Below the pieces are notes generated by a model. That model ran no database searches. It was not told the origin of the DNA and worked only from the letters and a program-made list of their open reading frames with translations. A stretch of 59,374 nt of DNA, counting the filler. It is 5 parts of 5 records of this genome, joined end to end, with 100 filler letters (N's around TTAATTAATTAA, not from the genome) between each part and the next. Parts side by side here need not be neighbours in the genome. Positions count along the whole stretch, not along the records: positions 23,984 to 53,749 come from SRR22947727_3936; positions 53,850 to 59,374 come from SRR22947727_3953; 3 more parts are not named here. The stretch is one strand, 5' to 3'. Positions 50,058-59,374 of the stretch are shown here, piece by piece. How positions within the stretch are numbered: position 1 is the first letter of the stretch; each line of letters begins with the position of its first letter. The translations under genes and the position numbers were made by a program.

Positions 50058-50417
50058 TTAAAACTTAAGTCCACCTTCACGGGCGGCGTCAGCCAAAGCT
50101 TTGACACGTCCATGAAAGAGAAGTCCACCGCGATCGAAATAGCAGTTATCAACGCCTGCTGCTTTTGCGCGCTCGGCAATTGCCGCGCCCACTATGGCAG
50201 AGGCCTCTACGTTGTTTTTGCCAATGATGCCTAAGTCTTTTTCCAAAGACGAGGCAGCTGCCAACGTACGACCATTCACATCATCGATCAGTTGAACGCT
50301 GATGTTTTTATTGCTGCGGAAAACCGACAGGCGCACGCGCCCTGCATTTACCTTACGAAGTTTGTTCCGAACGCGCAGACGGCGCTTCAAGAACAGTTGT
50401 CTTTTGCTACTTGCCAT
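50058..50417 (-). CDS. rplR: 50S ribosomal protein L18
   Basis: [30 protein letters not shown]. Confidence 0.98.
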   Translation of the reverse strand: MASSKRQLFLKRRLRVRNKLRKVNAGRVRLSVFRSNKNISVQLIDDVNGRTLAAASSLEKDLGIIGKNNVEASAIVGAAIAERAKAAGVDNCYFDRGGLLFHGRVKALADAAREGGLKF

Positions 50418-50429
50418 TATTTTGCGTCC

Positions 50430-50963
50430 CTACTTCTTCTTCCCTTCCTTGCGGAAGATAAATTCGCCTTTGTAACGGATCCCTTTGCCCTTGTAGGGCT
50501 CTGGTTTCCGCCATTCACGGATGTTAGCGGCCACTTGGCCTACACGTTGCTCATCAATGCCTTCGATAGTGATCTCTGTTGGCTTAGGCGCCGTCACAGT
50601 TACGTCACTTGGGATTTGAAAATCAACATCATGCGACAGTCCAAGGTTCAACTTCAGAACATTGCCCTGCAACTGTGCCCGATATCCAACGCCCGTGATT
50701 TCAAGTTCTTTTTTGAACCCGGCTGTCACACCCGTCACGAGGTTTTGAACCATTGTACGGCTCATACCCCATTGCTGAAGCGCGCGCTTTGAGCTGCCAC
50801 GCGGGGTAACCGCAACGGCGTTTTCATTTACTGCGATGGTCACATCGTCAGTCGCTTTGAAGCTGCGAGTACCTTTTGGACCCTTCACTTCGATCATCTG
50901 GCCAGATACCGACGCGCTTACGCCCGATGGTAGCTCGACAGGTTTTTTACCAATACGAGACAT
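50430..50963 (-). CDS. rplF: 50S ribosomal protein L6
   Basis: [16 protein letters not shown]. Confidence 0.99.
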   Translation of the reverse strand: MSRIGKKPVELPSGVSASVSGQMIEVKGPKGTRSFKATDDVTIAVNENAVAVTPRGSSKRALQQWGMSRTMVQNLVTGVTAGFKKELEITGVGYRAQLQGNVLKLNLGLSHDVDFQIPSDVTVTAPKPTEITIEGIDEQRVGQVAANIREWRKPEPYKGKGIRYKGEFIFRKEGKKK

Positions 50964-50974
50964 CCCTGACCCCC

Positions 50975-51367
50975 TTAGAAGACTGTGCAGAGCACTTCAC
51001 CACCAACATTGGCAGTGCGCGCAGCCGCATCCGACATAACCCCTTTCGGAGTTGAGACAATCGACACACCCAAGCCCTGACGGACAGAAGGAATGTCTTT
51101 CACGCCCAGATAAACGCGACGACCGGGTTTTGAAACCCGCTTCAATTCACGAATAACAGGCGTACCATCATAGTATTTGAGGCTGATTTCAATCGCAGGA
51201 TGGCCATCGCTGCCCGTCATGCTTTCATAACCGCGGATATACCCCTCATCTTTCAGCACATCCAAAACCCAAGCACGCAATTTCGAGGCAGGCGTCGACA
51301 CCACTGATTTTCCGCGCATTTGAGCGTTGCGGATTCTTGTCAACATATCGCCGATAGGATCATTCAT
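50975..51367 (-). CDS. rpsH: 30S ribosomal protein S8
   Basis: [27 protein letters not shown]. Confidence 0.99.
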   Translation of the reverse strand: MNDPIGDMLTRIRNAQMRGKSVVSTPASKLRAWVLDVLKDEGYIRGYESMTGSDGHPAIEISLKYYDGTPVIRELKRVSKPGRRVYLGVKDIPSVRQGLGVSIVSTPKGVMSDAAARTANVGGEVLCTVF

Positions 51368-51379
51368 AATATCTCTCCC

Positions 51380-51685
51380 TTACCAGCTTGACTTAACCAT
51401 GCCGGGCAGCTGCCCGTTGGAACCCAACTCGCGCAGCATAATCCGACTGACTTTGAGCTTGCGATAATACGCATGCGGACGGCCGGTCAATTCGCAGCGG
51501 TTATGCATGCGGTTTGCCGCGCTGTTGCGGGGCAATTTCGCCAATTTCAAACGCGCTTTGAAACGCTCTTCCATTGGCAGATTGTTATCATTCGCGATTT
51601 CTTTTAGCGCAGCCCGCTTTTCGGCAAATTTTGCCACCAGGCGCGCACGTTTCTTTTCGCGTTCGATCATTGCTTTCTTAGCCAT
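51380..51685 (-). CDS. rpsN: 30S ribosomal protein S14 (long, Zn-independent type)
   Basis: [17 protein letters not shown]. Confidence 0.98.
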   Translation of the reverse strand: MAKKAMIEREKKRARLVAKFAEKRAALKEIANDNNLPMEERFKARLKLAKLPRNSAANRMHNRCELTGRPHAYYRKLKVSRIMLRELGSNGQLPGMVKSSW

Positions 51686-51706
51686 GTCTAAACTCCTTTT
51701 CGCGGA

Positions 51707-52270
51707 TCAGCTGTTGAAGGGCATGTTGAAATGGCTCAACAGCGCCTTGGCTTCCGCGTCGGTATTTGCGGTGGTGGCGATGACAACGTCAAAACCCCAG
51801 TTTTCATCAACCTTATCGAAATTAATCTCTGGGAAAACGATATGTTCTTTAATTCCCAGCGCATAATTCCCGCGGCCATCAAAACTTTTTGCAGACACTC
51901 CCCGAAAGTCGCGGATACGGGGCATCGCAATCGTGATCAACCGGTCAAGAAATTCATACATCCGCGCGCCGCGCAGCGTGACTTTCGCACCCATTGGCAT
52001 TTCTTCACGCACCCGGAAGCCCGCGATAGATTTCTTTGCCTTGGTGATAACCGCCTGCTGACCAGCAATTGTAGACAGATCCGCTTGTGCAGATTTGCCT
52101 TTCTTACTGTCTTTAACCGCCGCCTTACCAGCACCGATATTCAGAACAATTTTGTCAAGGCGTGGAATTTGCATATCGTTTTTATATGCAAATTCTTCTT
52201 TCATCGCGGCGCGGATTTTTTCATCATACAATGCGCGCAAACGGGGGGTGTAATCAGCAGTATCAAGCAT
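51707..52270 (-). CDS. rplE: 50S ribosomal protein L5
   Basis: [21 protein letters not shown]. Confidence 0.99.
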   Translation of the reverse strand: MLDTADYTPRLRALYDEKIRAAMKEEFAYKNDMQIPRLDKIVLNIGAGKAAVKDSKKGKSAQADLSTIAGQQAVITKAKKSIAGFRVREEMPMGAKVTLRGARMYEFLDRLITIAMPRIRDFRGVSAKSFDGRGNYALGIKEHIVFPEINFDKVDENWGFDVVIATTANTDAEAKALLSHFNMPFNS

Positions 52271-52574
52271 CGATCACGTCTCCTGTAGTTTTAGCGAAGC
52301 GCATTTTTTTGCCGTCTTCAACTTTGAATCCGACGCGCGTTGCTTTGCCATTGGCGTCGATCAAAGACAGGTTAGACAGCGCAATCGGCATCGCTTTGGG
52401 CAAACGTCCACCCTGCGAGTTTTGCGTTTGCTTGGTGTGGCGGATCGAAACATTGATCCCCTCAACAATTGCCTTTGAGGCAGATGGATCGACAGAAGCG
52501 ATGGTGCCTTCCTTGCCCTTATCTTTGCCGGCAAGAACGATCACTTTGTCACCCTTACGAAGTTTCGCAGCCAT
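52263..52574 (-). CDS. rplX: 50S ribosomal protein L24
   Basis: [17 protein letters not shown]. Confidence 0.98.
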   Translation of the reverse strand: MAAKLRKGDKVIVLAGKDKGKEGTIASVDPSASKAIVEGINVSIRHTKQTQNSQGGRLPKAMPIALSNLSLIDANGKATRVGFKVEDGKKMRFAKTTGDVIDA

Positions 52575-52942
52575 TACAGCACCTCCGGGGCAAGTGAGAT
52601 AATTTTCATGAAGCTTTTGGCGCGCAATTCACGAACCACTGGCCCAAAAATACGCGTACCGATCGGCTCGCCGCTATTGTTCAAAATTACAGCAGCATTG
52701 CTGTCAAACCGGATAGCGGTGCCATCTTCACGGCGGACCTCTTTGGCGGTTCTAACGACAACGGCTTTACGCACATCGCCCTTTTTCACTCGACCGCGCG
52801 GGATGGCTTCCTTTACCGAAACGACGATAACGTCGCCTACGGATGCGTATTTACGCTTGGAACCACCCAACACTTTGATGCACTGTACCCGGCGTGCGCC
52901 GGAGTTATCAGCTACATCCAGATTGGTTTGCATCTGGATCAT
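52574..52942 (-). CDS. rplN: 50S ribosomal protein L14
   Basis: [23 protein letters not shown]. Confidence 0.99.
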   Translation of the reverse strand: MIQMQTNLDVADNSGARRVQCIKVLGGSKRKYASVGDVIVVSVKEAIPRGRVKKGDVRKAVVVRTAKEVRREDGTAIRFDSNAAVILNNSGEPIGTRIFGPVVRELRAKSFMKIISLAPEVL

Positions 52943-53015
52943 TCGGTTTCTCCCGACCTGTGGGGGGCTTTCACCTGTTCCCCAGGGTTTCGATTAAACT
53001 AAAAGGTCTTTCGGC

Positions 53016-53246
53016 TTACGCCTGCAGAACCTCCCAGCGTTTGGTTTTGGACTTTGGTGCACATTCGATAATCCGAACCGCATCGCCGACCTTAAAAGTA
53101 TTATTTTCATCATGCGCCCGGTATTTTTTTGATTTCCGGATCGTCTTTTGCATAACGGGGTGCTTAAAACGACGCTCAACAGATACAGTAACCGTTTGTT
53201 GATTTGCGTCACTTGTCACAACGCCTTGTAAAATTCGTTTGGGCAT
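53016..53246 (-). CDS. rpsQ: 30S ribosomal protein S17
   Basis: GVVTSD, HP...K....KKY.AHDE, SKTKRW. Confidence 0.98.
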   Translation of the reverse strand: MPKRILQGVVTSDANQQTVTVSVERRFKHPVMQKTIRKSKKYRAHDENNTFKVGDAVRIIECAPKSKTKRWEVLQA

Positions 53247-53249
53247 TGC

Positions 53250-53462
53250 TTAGGCTCCCTGCTCAGCGGCCGCATTGGCTGCTTTTTCGTTCAAGATCGT
53301 TTTGACACGAGCCGCGTCTCGCTTCACTGAGCGCATACGGGCTGTATTTTCAATCTGCCCTGTAGCCTGCTGAAAGCGCAGGTTAAAGGCCTCTTTTTTC
53401 AGACCTGCCAGCTCATCACGCAGCTGGTCCGGTGTCTTATTTCGAAGTTCATTGGCGTCCAT
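53250..53462 (-). CDS. rpmC: 50S ribosomal protein L29
   Basis: [23 protein letters not shown]. Confidence 0.97.
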   Translation of the reverse strand: MDANELRNKTPDQLRDELAGLKKEAFNLRFQQATGQIENTARMRSVKRDAARVKTILNEKAANAAAEQGA

Positions 53463-53562
53463 CGCCTTATTCCTTTTCTACATCACCAGAAGGCCCCAAT
53501 GGGTTACCCTTGCTCTAGTGGACAAAATAACAGGCCCCCGCAAACACAGGGGCCAGCTAACA

Positions 53563-53748
53563 TTACCAATCTTCGCGGATGACGACTCTTGTCTTAATAG
53601 GCAATTTCATCGCCGCCAATCGGAGCGCTTCCTTTGCCACAGAATCATCGACCCCGTCAATCTCAAACATGATCCGGCCGGGCTTTACCTTGGCCGCCCA
53701 GAAATCAACAGAGCCTTTCCCTTTACCCATCCGAACTTCGGTTGGCTT
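53563..53748 (-). CDS. rplP: 50S ribosomal protein L16, C-terminal part (5' truncated)
   Basis: [46 protein letters not shown]. Confidence 0.97.
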   Translation of the reverse strand, partial: KPTEVRMGKGKGSVDFWAAKVKPGRIMFEIDGVDDSVAKEALRLAAMKLPIKTRVVIREDW

Positions 53749-53749
53749 T

Positions 53750-53849
53750 NNNNNNNNNNNNNNNNNNNNNNNNNNNNNNNNNNNNNNNNNNNNTTAATTA
53801 ATTAANNNNNNNNNNNNNNNNNNNNNNNNNNNNNNNNNNNNNNNNNNNN
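53750..53849. other. Artificial contig spacer
   Basis: N44-TTAATTAATTAA-N44. Confidence 0.99.
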
Positions 53850-54278
53850 ACCATCACACCAAACTTCCCAACCTAAACCCCAGGCACCGACTGTAGGATT
53901 CTCCCAGTCATCTTCTACAAAACGAATATCATGCAAATCCATGTCAATTCCTATAGCGGCTAAACTGCCTAGGTATAATTCCTGAAAATTCACAGGGTTA
54001 GGCTTCATTATAACTTGGAATTGATAATAATGTTGCAACCTGTTCGGATTCTGACCATATCTGCCATCGGCAGGCCTTCTGGAGGGCTGAACATAAGCTA
54101 CATTCCATGGCTTACATCCTAAAGATCTCAAAACTGTTGCAGGGTGCAATGTTCCTGCCCCAACTTCAGTATCAAAAGGCTGTAAAATTACACACCCCTG
54201 ACTTGCCCAATAATTTTGTAAAGCAAGGATTAACCCTTGGAAGGACTGTACTGATTTAGTTTTATTTTTCATTTCCAT
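53850..54278 (-). CDS. glyQ: Glycyl-tRNA synthetase alpha subunit (3' truncated)
   Basis: [41 protein letters not shown]. Confidence 0.97.
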
Positions 54279-54341
54279 AACACAGGGTTCTGATTTTTTA
54301 AGTTAGAATGAACCTAATTAGAAACACATAAATTTCAACCC

Positions 54342-54566
54342 TTAAGGTTGGTGTATTTCATTAGATAATCCTGCAAGTTTGAACGCAGCGACTGCATCTT
54401 CAAAATCATCATCCAAAACCATCAAACGTCTCGGTATGATACCAATGGATCCTTCAATTATACTAACATTCTCATCCATAGTGAAAAATGGTATATCAGC
54501 TTCCTTCAATATAGCTTGCGCATAATTTAAAGTTGCCATATTTACAGTTTTTAGTATTGGGGTCAT
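54342..54566 (-). CDS. DUF2007-like small protein
   Basis: A.LKEA.I..F.MDEN.S..EGSIGIIPRRLMV; usual position divergent from ispB. Confidence 0.75.
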   Translation of the reverse strand: MTPILKTVNMATLNYAQAILKEADIPFFTMDENVSIIEGSIGIIPRRLMVLDDDFEDAVAAFKLAGLSNEIHQP

Positions 54567-54671
54567 TATAAAACTTAATTTATGCCCTGCGACAGCAAAA
54601 GCTCTTGTGGGTTAGTAAATGTAACACTAATAACATCAAATTACTTTTTAAACACCCTTAAAGGGGCATAT

Positions 54672-55685
54672 GTGAACGTCCAACCACAACTAATAAAAAA
54701 AATAGGTCTAAGTCCCGCGGAAAAACTCTGGGAAATGGCTGCTAATGATATGGCAGAAGTTGACAGCTTGATTATAGAAAGAATGCAAAGTCCCGTAGGT
54801 TTAATTCCTGATCTCGCTAAACATTTAATTAGTGCAGGCGGAAAACGGTTAAGACCACTATTGACCGTGGCAACATCCCTAATGTGTGGATATGAGGGGA
54901 ACAGTCACCACAAACTTGCTGCTGCTGTAGAGTTTATCCATTCAGCTACACTCCTTCATGATGATGTAGTCGATGACAGCGCACTTAGAAGGGGTAAAAA
55001 ACCAGCCAATCTACTGTGGGGAAACAGCCCTTCAATTCTTGTGGGTGATTTTTTATTTGCACGAGCTTTTAATTTAATGGTTGAAACTAATTCAATGGAA
55101 GCACTTAACATTCTAGCAAATGCATCCTCCATAATAGCAGAAGGAGAGGTTAGACAGCTTGCATCTTTAGGAAGCATGCAAATAGACGAAAAGTCATATA
55201 TGGAGGTTATATCAGCAAAAACTGCTGCATTGTTTGCTGCGTCTACTGAAGTTTCAGCTGTTATTACATCGCAATCTGCTAAAAAAAGAAAAGCACTCCA
55301 TGATTATGGTTTAAAAATCGGCCTCGCGTTTCAACTCGTCGACGACGCACTTGATTATAGTGGGTTTGAAAGCAAATTAGGTAAATCAGTAGGAGATGAT
55401 TTCAGGGAAGGAAAAATGACTCTTCCCGTTATTCGTTCTATTGAATTTTCAAATCATAAAAATGATAATTTTTGGCACAGGGTAATAGTTGAAAAGAAAC
55501 AAAAAAATGAAGACTTTAAAAAGGCAGTGATATTGATCCAGAAATCAAAAGCTCTTGAAAGCACTATGGAATTAGCTCGTAAATATTCTCTTGAAGCAAA
55601 AGAGCTACTTGATGTTTTTGATGCCAGCCCCTGGAAGACTACTTTAGAGGAATTAGCAAGTTATATTGTTGAGAGAGCAAGTTAA
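54672..55685 (+). CDS. ispB: Polyprenyl diphosphate synthase
   Basis: GGKRLRP, LLHDDVVD..RRG, FQLVDD, GDDFREGKMTLP. Start uncertain (GTG 54672 after AAGGGG). Confidence 0.92.
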   Translation: MNVQPQLIKKIGLSPAEKLWEMAANDMAEVDSLIIERMQSPVGLIPDLAKHLISAGGKRLRPLLTVATSLMCGYEGNSHHKLAAAVEFIHSATLLHDDVVDDSALRRGKKPANLLWGNSPSILVGDFLFARAFNLMVETNSMEALNILANASSIIAEGEVRQLASLGSMQIDEKSYMEVISAKTAALFAASTEVSAVITSQSAKKRKALHDYGLKIGLAFQLVDDALDYSGFESKLGKSVGDDFREGKMTLPVIRSIEFSNHKNDNFWHRVIVEKKQKNEDFKKAVILIQKSKALESTMELARKYSLEAKELLDVFDASPWKTTLEELASYIVERAS

Positions 55686-55699
55686 AAATTATAACTAAC

Positions 55700-56752
55700 T
55701 TACTGGGATTTATTTTTATGCTTCAGAATTATATGTCTTTTAGTATAGCACCTTACAAAAACAGCTAGTAAAGTTGAAATTAAGAGTACCCACATAGAAA
55801 TTCTAATTTCTTTAACCACCAAAAATAAAATCGAAGATGAAAAAAATATTCCTGCACTTAGGTATGTTAAAGACACCTTAATGTGACTTTCATTATGAAT
55901 AATTAATACTTGATACAAATGCTCTTTGTGTGCCGAAAAGAAATTTTCTTTCAGCCGCAACCTACCTATCATAGTTATAAAAATATCAGATAATAATGGA
56001 AGAATTAAAATTGGGCCTATATACAAAAGATCAGGGTTATCTGTTTCTTTAACCAATAATAATGCGGATAATGAGAAAATATAACCAGTTAACATCGAAC
56101 CAGTATCTCCAGCAAATATTTTCGGATTATTGCTAAAATTAAAAGGTAAAAATCCAAGTAAAGCAAAACACAGTATAAGCCCTAAAATGAAAGAATTTAA
56201 GGCTCCTGTGCCAAATGCAATAATGGCCAATGTAGCTGAAGCTAAAAACATAAAACTAGCCATTAAACCATTAGCGCCATCAATAAAGTTTATACCATGT
56301 ATACAAACAAAAATCCACAAAACTGACCCAAATAATCCAACTAAATATGGTAAAGTAATTGAACTAAAAAATCCTGGTAATATAATTACAGGACCCATAG
56401 CGAGGACCGTTATAATTGCAATAATCGTAGTTATTATAAATTTATACTTCACACTTATTTCAAAAATATCATCCAGTAGTCCCAAAAAAGAAACTATAAT
56501 AGCGCAGATTAAAAAATAAGGTAAATCCTCAGACAATTGAATTTCAGGAATAAAAATATTGACTAAAATTAGTGATAATCCAATTGCAGCAATTATTCCT
56601 AACCCTCCACCAGTAGGACTTGACTTATAATGAATTGATCGATGATTGGGGTTATCACTTAAATTTACAACTACCATAAATCTGCAAATTACAAATGATA
56701 GAATAAAGCATGCAAGCCCAATATAAACTATATCTGAATACGATGATGCCAT
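55700..56752 (-). CDS. MraY/WecA-like polyprenyl-phosphate HexNAc-1-P transferase
   Basis: PTGGG, LGLLDD, NFIDGANGL, FAGDTGS, H.EHLYQ. Confidence 0.9.
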   Translation of the reverse strand: MASSYSDIVYIGLACFILSFVICRFMVVVNLSDNPNHRSIHYKSSPTGGGLGIIAAIGLSLILVNIFIPEIQLSEDLPYFLICAIIVSFLGLLDDIFEISVKYKFIITTIIAIITVLAMGPVIILPGFFSSITLPYLVGLFGSVLWIFVCIHGINFIDGANGLMASFMFLASATLAIIAFGTGALNSFILGLILCFALLGFLPFNFSNNPKIFAGDTGSMLTGYIFSLSALLLVKETDNPDLLYIGPILILPLLSDIFITMIGRLRLKENFFSAHKEHLYQVLIIHNESHIKVSLTYLSAGIFFSSSILFLVVKEIRISMWVLLISTLLAVFVRCYTKRHIILKHKNKSQ

Positions 56753-57592
56753 TTACGTGTCGCCCAACAAAGTAGTCTCACACCACCAATCAGGAGCTTT
56801 GGACCTAATCGAATTAGCTGCCATTAAAGATGCTTCTTTATCCTTAAAAATCCCATAGCATGTTGGACCTGACCCAGACATTCGTGCGAGGCAACACCCA
56901 GCTTGATCATTTATAAGGCTCAAAACATCTCCTATAATTGGCTCCAAGGATAAGGCTGGAACTTCAAGGTCATTTCGTCCATTTATTGCTCTAGAAAGTA
57001 AAGTTCCCTTCTCCATGACTGGTAATGATAAATCAGTTTTAACAAACATTTCATCAAAAGCCTTAAAAACCTTTGCAGTTGAAACGCTCACTCTAGGGTT
57101 AACCAATACCGCATTTAATTGCCCCAAACCAGGTATGAGGGATAAATTTTCACCTATGCCGCTCATTTGTGCAGTCTTTGAAAACAAACAAACTGGGACA
57201 TCAGCACCAAGAGACATGGCTACTTCAACGTTCTCAATATTAAGAATACGCAATACTGCAGCTGCATTTGCACTTCCTCCTCCAATACCTGCTGCTATAG
57301 GTAAGTTTTTTACTAATTTAACATGTTTCGGACTACTACCTGTTACTCTTAATGCTTGAATTGCTGAGTTAGAATTATCCTCATTAAGCATATGTCCAAA
57401 TGGACCAGAAATTGATATTTTATTATCTTTGGAGGGCTCGATTGAAACCTTATCGAAGATATCAGAAAATACAACAAGACTATTTAATGGATGATACCCA
57501 TATTGAGCATGAGTAATATCATTAATTTTAGCACCCACATGAAGCGTTAAATTAATCTTTGCCCTTGCTTGCTCTTCATGTTTATTCGCCAC
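56753..57592 (-). CDS. ispE: 4-diphosphocytidyl-2-C-methyl-D-erythritol kinase
   Basis: AKINLTLHV, KNLPIAAGIGGGSANAAA, LGADVP, MSGSG. Confidence 0.96.
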   Translation of the reverse strand: MANKHEEQARAKINLTLHVGAKINDITHAQYGYHPLNSLVVFSDIFDKVSIEPSKDNKISISGPFGHMLNEDNSNSAIQALRVTGSSPKHVKLVKNLPIAAGIGGGSANAAAVLRILNIENVEVAMSLGADVPVCLFSKTAQMSGIGENLSLIPGLGQLNAVLVNPRVSVSTAKVFKAFDEMFVKTDLSLPVMEKGTLLSRAINGRNDLEVPALSLEPIIGDVLSLINDQAGCCLARMSGSGPTCYGIFKDKEASLMAANSIRSKAPDWWCETTLLGDT

Positions 57593-59295
57593 TATGATTT
57601 AGCTCCAATGCCCTGATTCTGATATTGAAACTGGCCCTTTAGTTTTTCAACTATATAATTCTTTTCTTTTATAGTTGGATTGTAATTTAAAGCTCGCTCC
57701 CACTGGTACATTGCCTCTTTTTTTCTTTCGGTAACCCAATAAACATCCCCTAAATGATCTATTATTGTTGCAGAAGTTGGTGACATCTCCACAGCAACCT
57801 CTAGATGAAGCTTGGCTTTTTTTAAATCTCCTAGCTTATAATAAGCCCAACCCAAGCTATCAATTATTGCACCATTATTTGGACTTAATTCTACTGCTTT
57901 TTGTATCATCTCCAAAGATTCTGATAGATACTCTCCTCTATCAATCCATGTATAACCTAAATAATTTAATGCATCAGCATAATTAGGGTTGATTGATAAA
58001 ACTTTTTTAAAATCATCTTCTGCTTTATCCCACTTACCAACTCTTTCATAACAGATGCCCCTAAAATATAAGGGTTGTAGGTTAGCTTTTAATTCTTGAT
58101 CAGTCATTTTTAGAATTAAGTCATTATAAATAGGTAAGGCTTTAATATAGTTTTCACGAATAATATATGCCCTTCCCAAAGCCTCCATAGTAACAGCCAT
58201 TGACTTATCAGTATTAAGTTTTTGTAAAATATTAAATGCTTTTAGATCAGATTTTTTGTTTAAATATAGGTTCGCAGCGGCTAGCTTAGCCGAAATATTA
58301 TAGATCGATTTATTTGAAACATTTAAATAAAGATCTAAAGCCTCTGATGGGCGTCTAGTGTTTTCAAGTAACTCCCCAAGCCAGATAGCTGCTTTATCAT
58401 GACTGGGGTCCAGGTCTAATGCTAAGCGTAATAGAATCTCTCCTGCATCGCTTGAACGATTTGCAACGAAAAACCAATAAGAGGGCTCTGTTAAAGATCT
58501 AGCTGCCTCTTGTACCGCTGTTAATCTAATATTACTCAGCTTTTGAGACTTCAATAACTTTATGTAGCTTTCAACTGGACCTCCACCACGAAGATTATTT
58601 TTATTTGAGTAATGCTCGAGCTCAAGCAAAGCATCTTTATTTCTATTTATAGAGCTCAAGAATCTGGCTTTAGATAAAATATACTCTGTCTGAAGTTGCC
58701 CGCTATCTTCGACAAGTTTAAATGCTTCTAATGCTAGATCTGAATCACCAATTAAGCCTTCAGCTTTTGCAATTTGTAATTGTCCTAAGTTTTGAAAATA
58801 AACGCCGCCTTCAAGAGATAAAAACTCTTCGCGAGCTTTAACAATATCGTTTAGTGCGACATAATTCCAACCAGCTAATAAACCCATAACAATACTTATT
58901 GTCACCTCATTAGCTTCATGAGTTAAATACTGAACTGCTGTTTCATGAAGTCCTTGGGAGAAGGTTTGTTGTCCCAACACAAAATTACTTAAAGGATCAT
59001 TTTTATCTTTTATATTGATAATCTCAGCATGCTGATGAGCCAGAGGTAAATTATTAGCAACTATCGCAGAACTAATAGCTTTTTGACCTAGAGAAACTTC
59101 ATAATCAGAATATCTAAAAGCAGTAGTTAAATAATCAGATCTAAACTGAGATTCTTTAATTCTACTCGCATAGCTACCAGCTAGAAAGCTACTAAATACT
59201 TTATTCTCAGATTGATAAGGCTGAAGGCGTGCTGTCGTGCAAGATGTTAATATTAGAAACGACACGCATAAAGCAGAAATTTGCAATTTAAACAA
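57592..59295 (-). CDS. TPR-repeat lipoprotein
   Basis: Lipobox LTSC; ALNYLGY, IIDSLGWAYY and DHLGDVYW TPR repeats; usual neighbour of ispE. Confidence 0.88.
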   Translation of the reverse strand: MFKLQISALCVSFLILTSCTTARLQPYQSENKVFSSFLAGSYASRIKESQFRSDYLTTAFRYSDYEVSLGQKAISSAIVANNLPLAHQHAEIINIKDKNDPLSNFVLGQQTFSQGLHETAVQYLTHEANEVTISIVMGLLAGWNYVALNDIVKAREEFLSLEGGVYFQNLGQLQIAKAEGLIGDSDLALEAFKLVEDSGQLQTEYILSKARFLSSINRNKDALLELEHYSNKNNLRGGGPVESYIKLLKSQKLSNIRLTAVQEAARSLTEPSYWFFVANRSSDAGEILLRLALDLDPSHDKAAIWLGELLENTRRPSEALDLYLNVSNKSIYNISAKLAAANLYLNKKSDLKAFNILQKLNTDKSMAVTMEALGRAYIIRENYIKALPIYNDLILKMTDQELKANLQPLYFRGICYERVGKWDKAEDDFKKVLSINPNYADALNYLGYTWIDRGEYLSESLEMIQKAVELSPNNGAIIDSLGWAYYKLGDLKKAKLHLEVAVEMSPTSATIIDHLGDVYWVTERKKEAMYQWERALNYNPTIKEKNYIVEKLKGQFQYQNQGIGAKS

Positions 59296-59316
59296 AATTA
59301 ATTCCTAGTTTTAATA

Positions 59317-59373
59317 TCACATATTAGGATAATTTGGTCCACCCCCACCCTCAGGAACTGACCATATAATATT
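59317..59373 (-). CDS. Electron transfer flavoprotein-ubiquinone oxidoreductase, last residues (5' truncated)
   Basis: NIIWSVPEGGGGPNYPNM* is the characteristic ETF-QO C-terminus. Confidence 0.85.
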   Translation of the reverse strand, partial: NIIWSVPEGGGGPNYPNM

Positions 59374-59374
59374 T

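Noticed and set aside
53452-53805. ORFs containing X runs that cross spacers
   Set aside because: They are artefacts of translating through N. The real genes are the truncated rplP and glyQ.
1-59374. CRISPR arrays, transposases, integrases, rRNA and defence systems
   Set aside because: I found no repeat-spacer pattern or recognisable motifs. The many antisense ORFs in the GC-richer contigs are shadows of real genes.

Overview
This window is not one locus. It is five unrelated contigs joined by 100-nt artificial spacers (44 N + TTAATTAATTAA + 44 N) at 6495-6594, 18310-18409, 23884-23983 and 53750-53849. Taxonomic labels below are inferences from composition and gene style. Contig 1 (1-6494, Verrucomicrobia-like) carries GT4, cdsA, dxr and a ROK kinase. 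Divergent from them is a probable secreted thioredoxin-fold selenoprotein that the ORF track splits at an in-frame UGA followed by a SECIS-like hairpin. Contig 2 (6595-18309, AT-rich marine proteobacterium, possibly SAR86-like) has a tRNA 3' end, OYE, GcvT-family, LhgO-like and hydrolase genes, a GPH transporter/oxidoreductase-fusion/GH3 sugar locus, an unannotated 24-aa lipoprotein-like ORF, and a SAM-II riboswitch ahead of a truncated bhmT. Contig 3 (18410-23883, very AT-rich, possibly viral) is a tightly coupled glycan operon. It includes a eukaryote-type GT29 sialyltransferase-like gene, a CMP-ulosonate synthetase and a DAHP-synthase-like gene with an altered KPR(T/S) motif. Contig 4 (23984-53749, Rhodobacteraceae) is housekeeping: tRNA-Arg, rpmH-rnpA-yidC, argB, bzt/aap, rarA, and the S10-end/spc/alpha ribosomal genes, plus one gene with an in-frame TAA and several structured leaders. 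Contig 5 (53850-59374, AT-rich alphaproteobacterium) has glyQ, ispB, a WecA-like gene, ispE, a TPR lipoprotein and the end of ETF-QO. The best novelty candidates are the hidden selenoprotein and the GT29/ulosonate operon.
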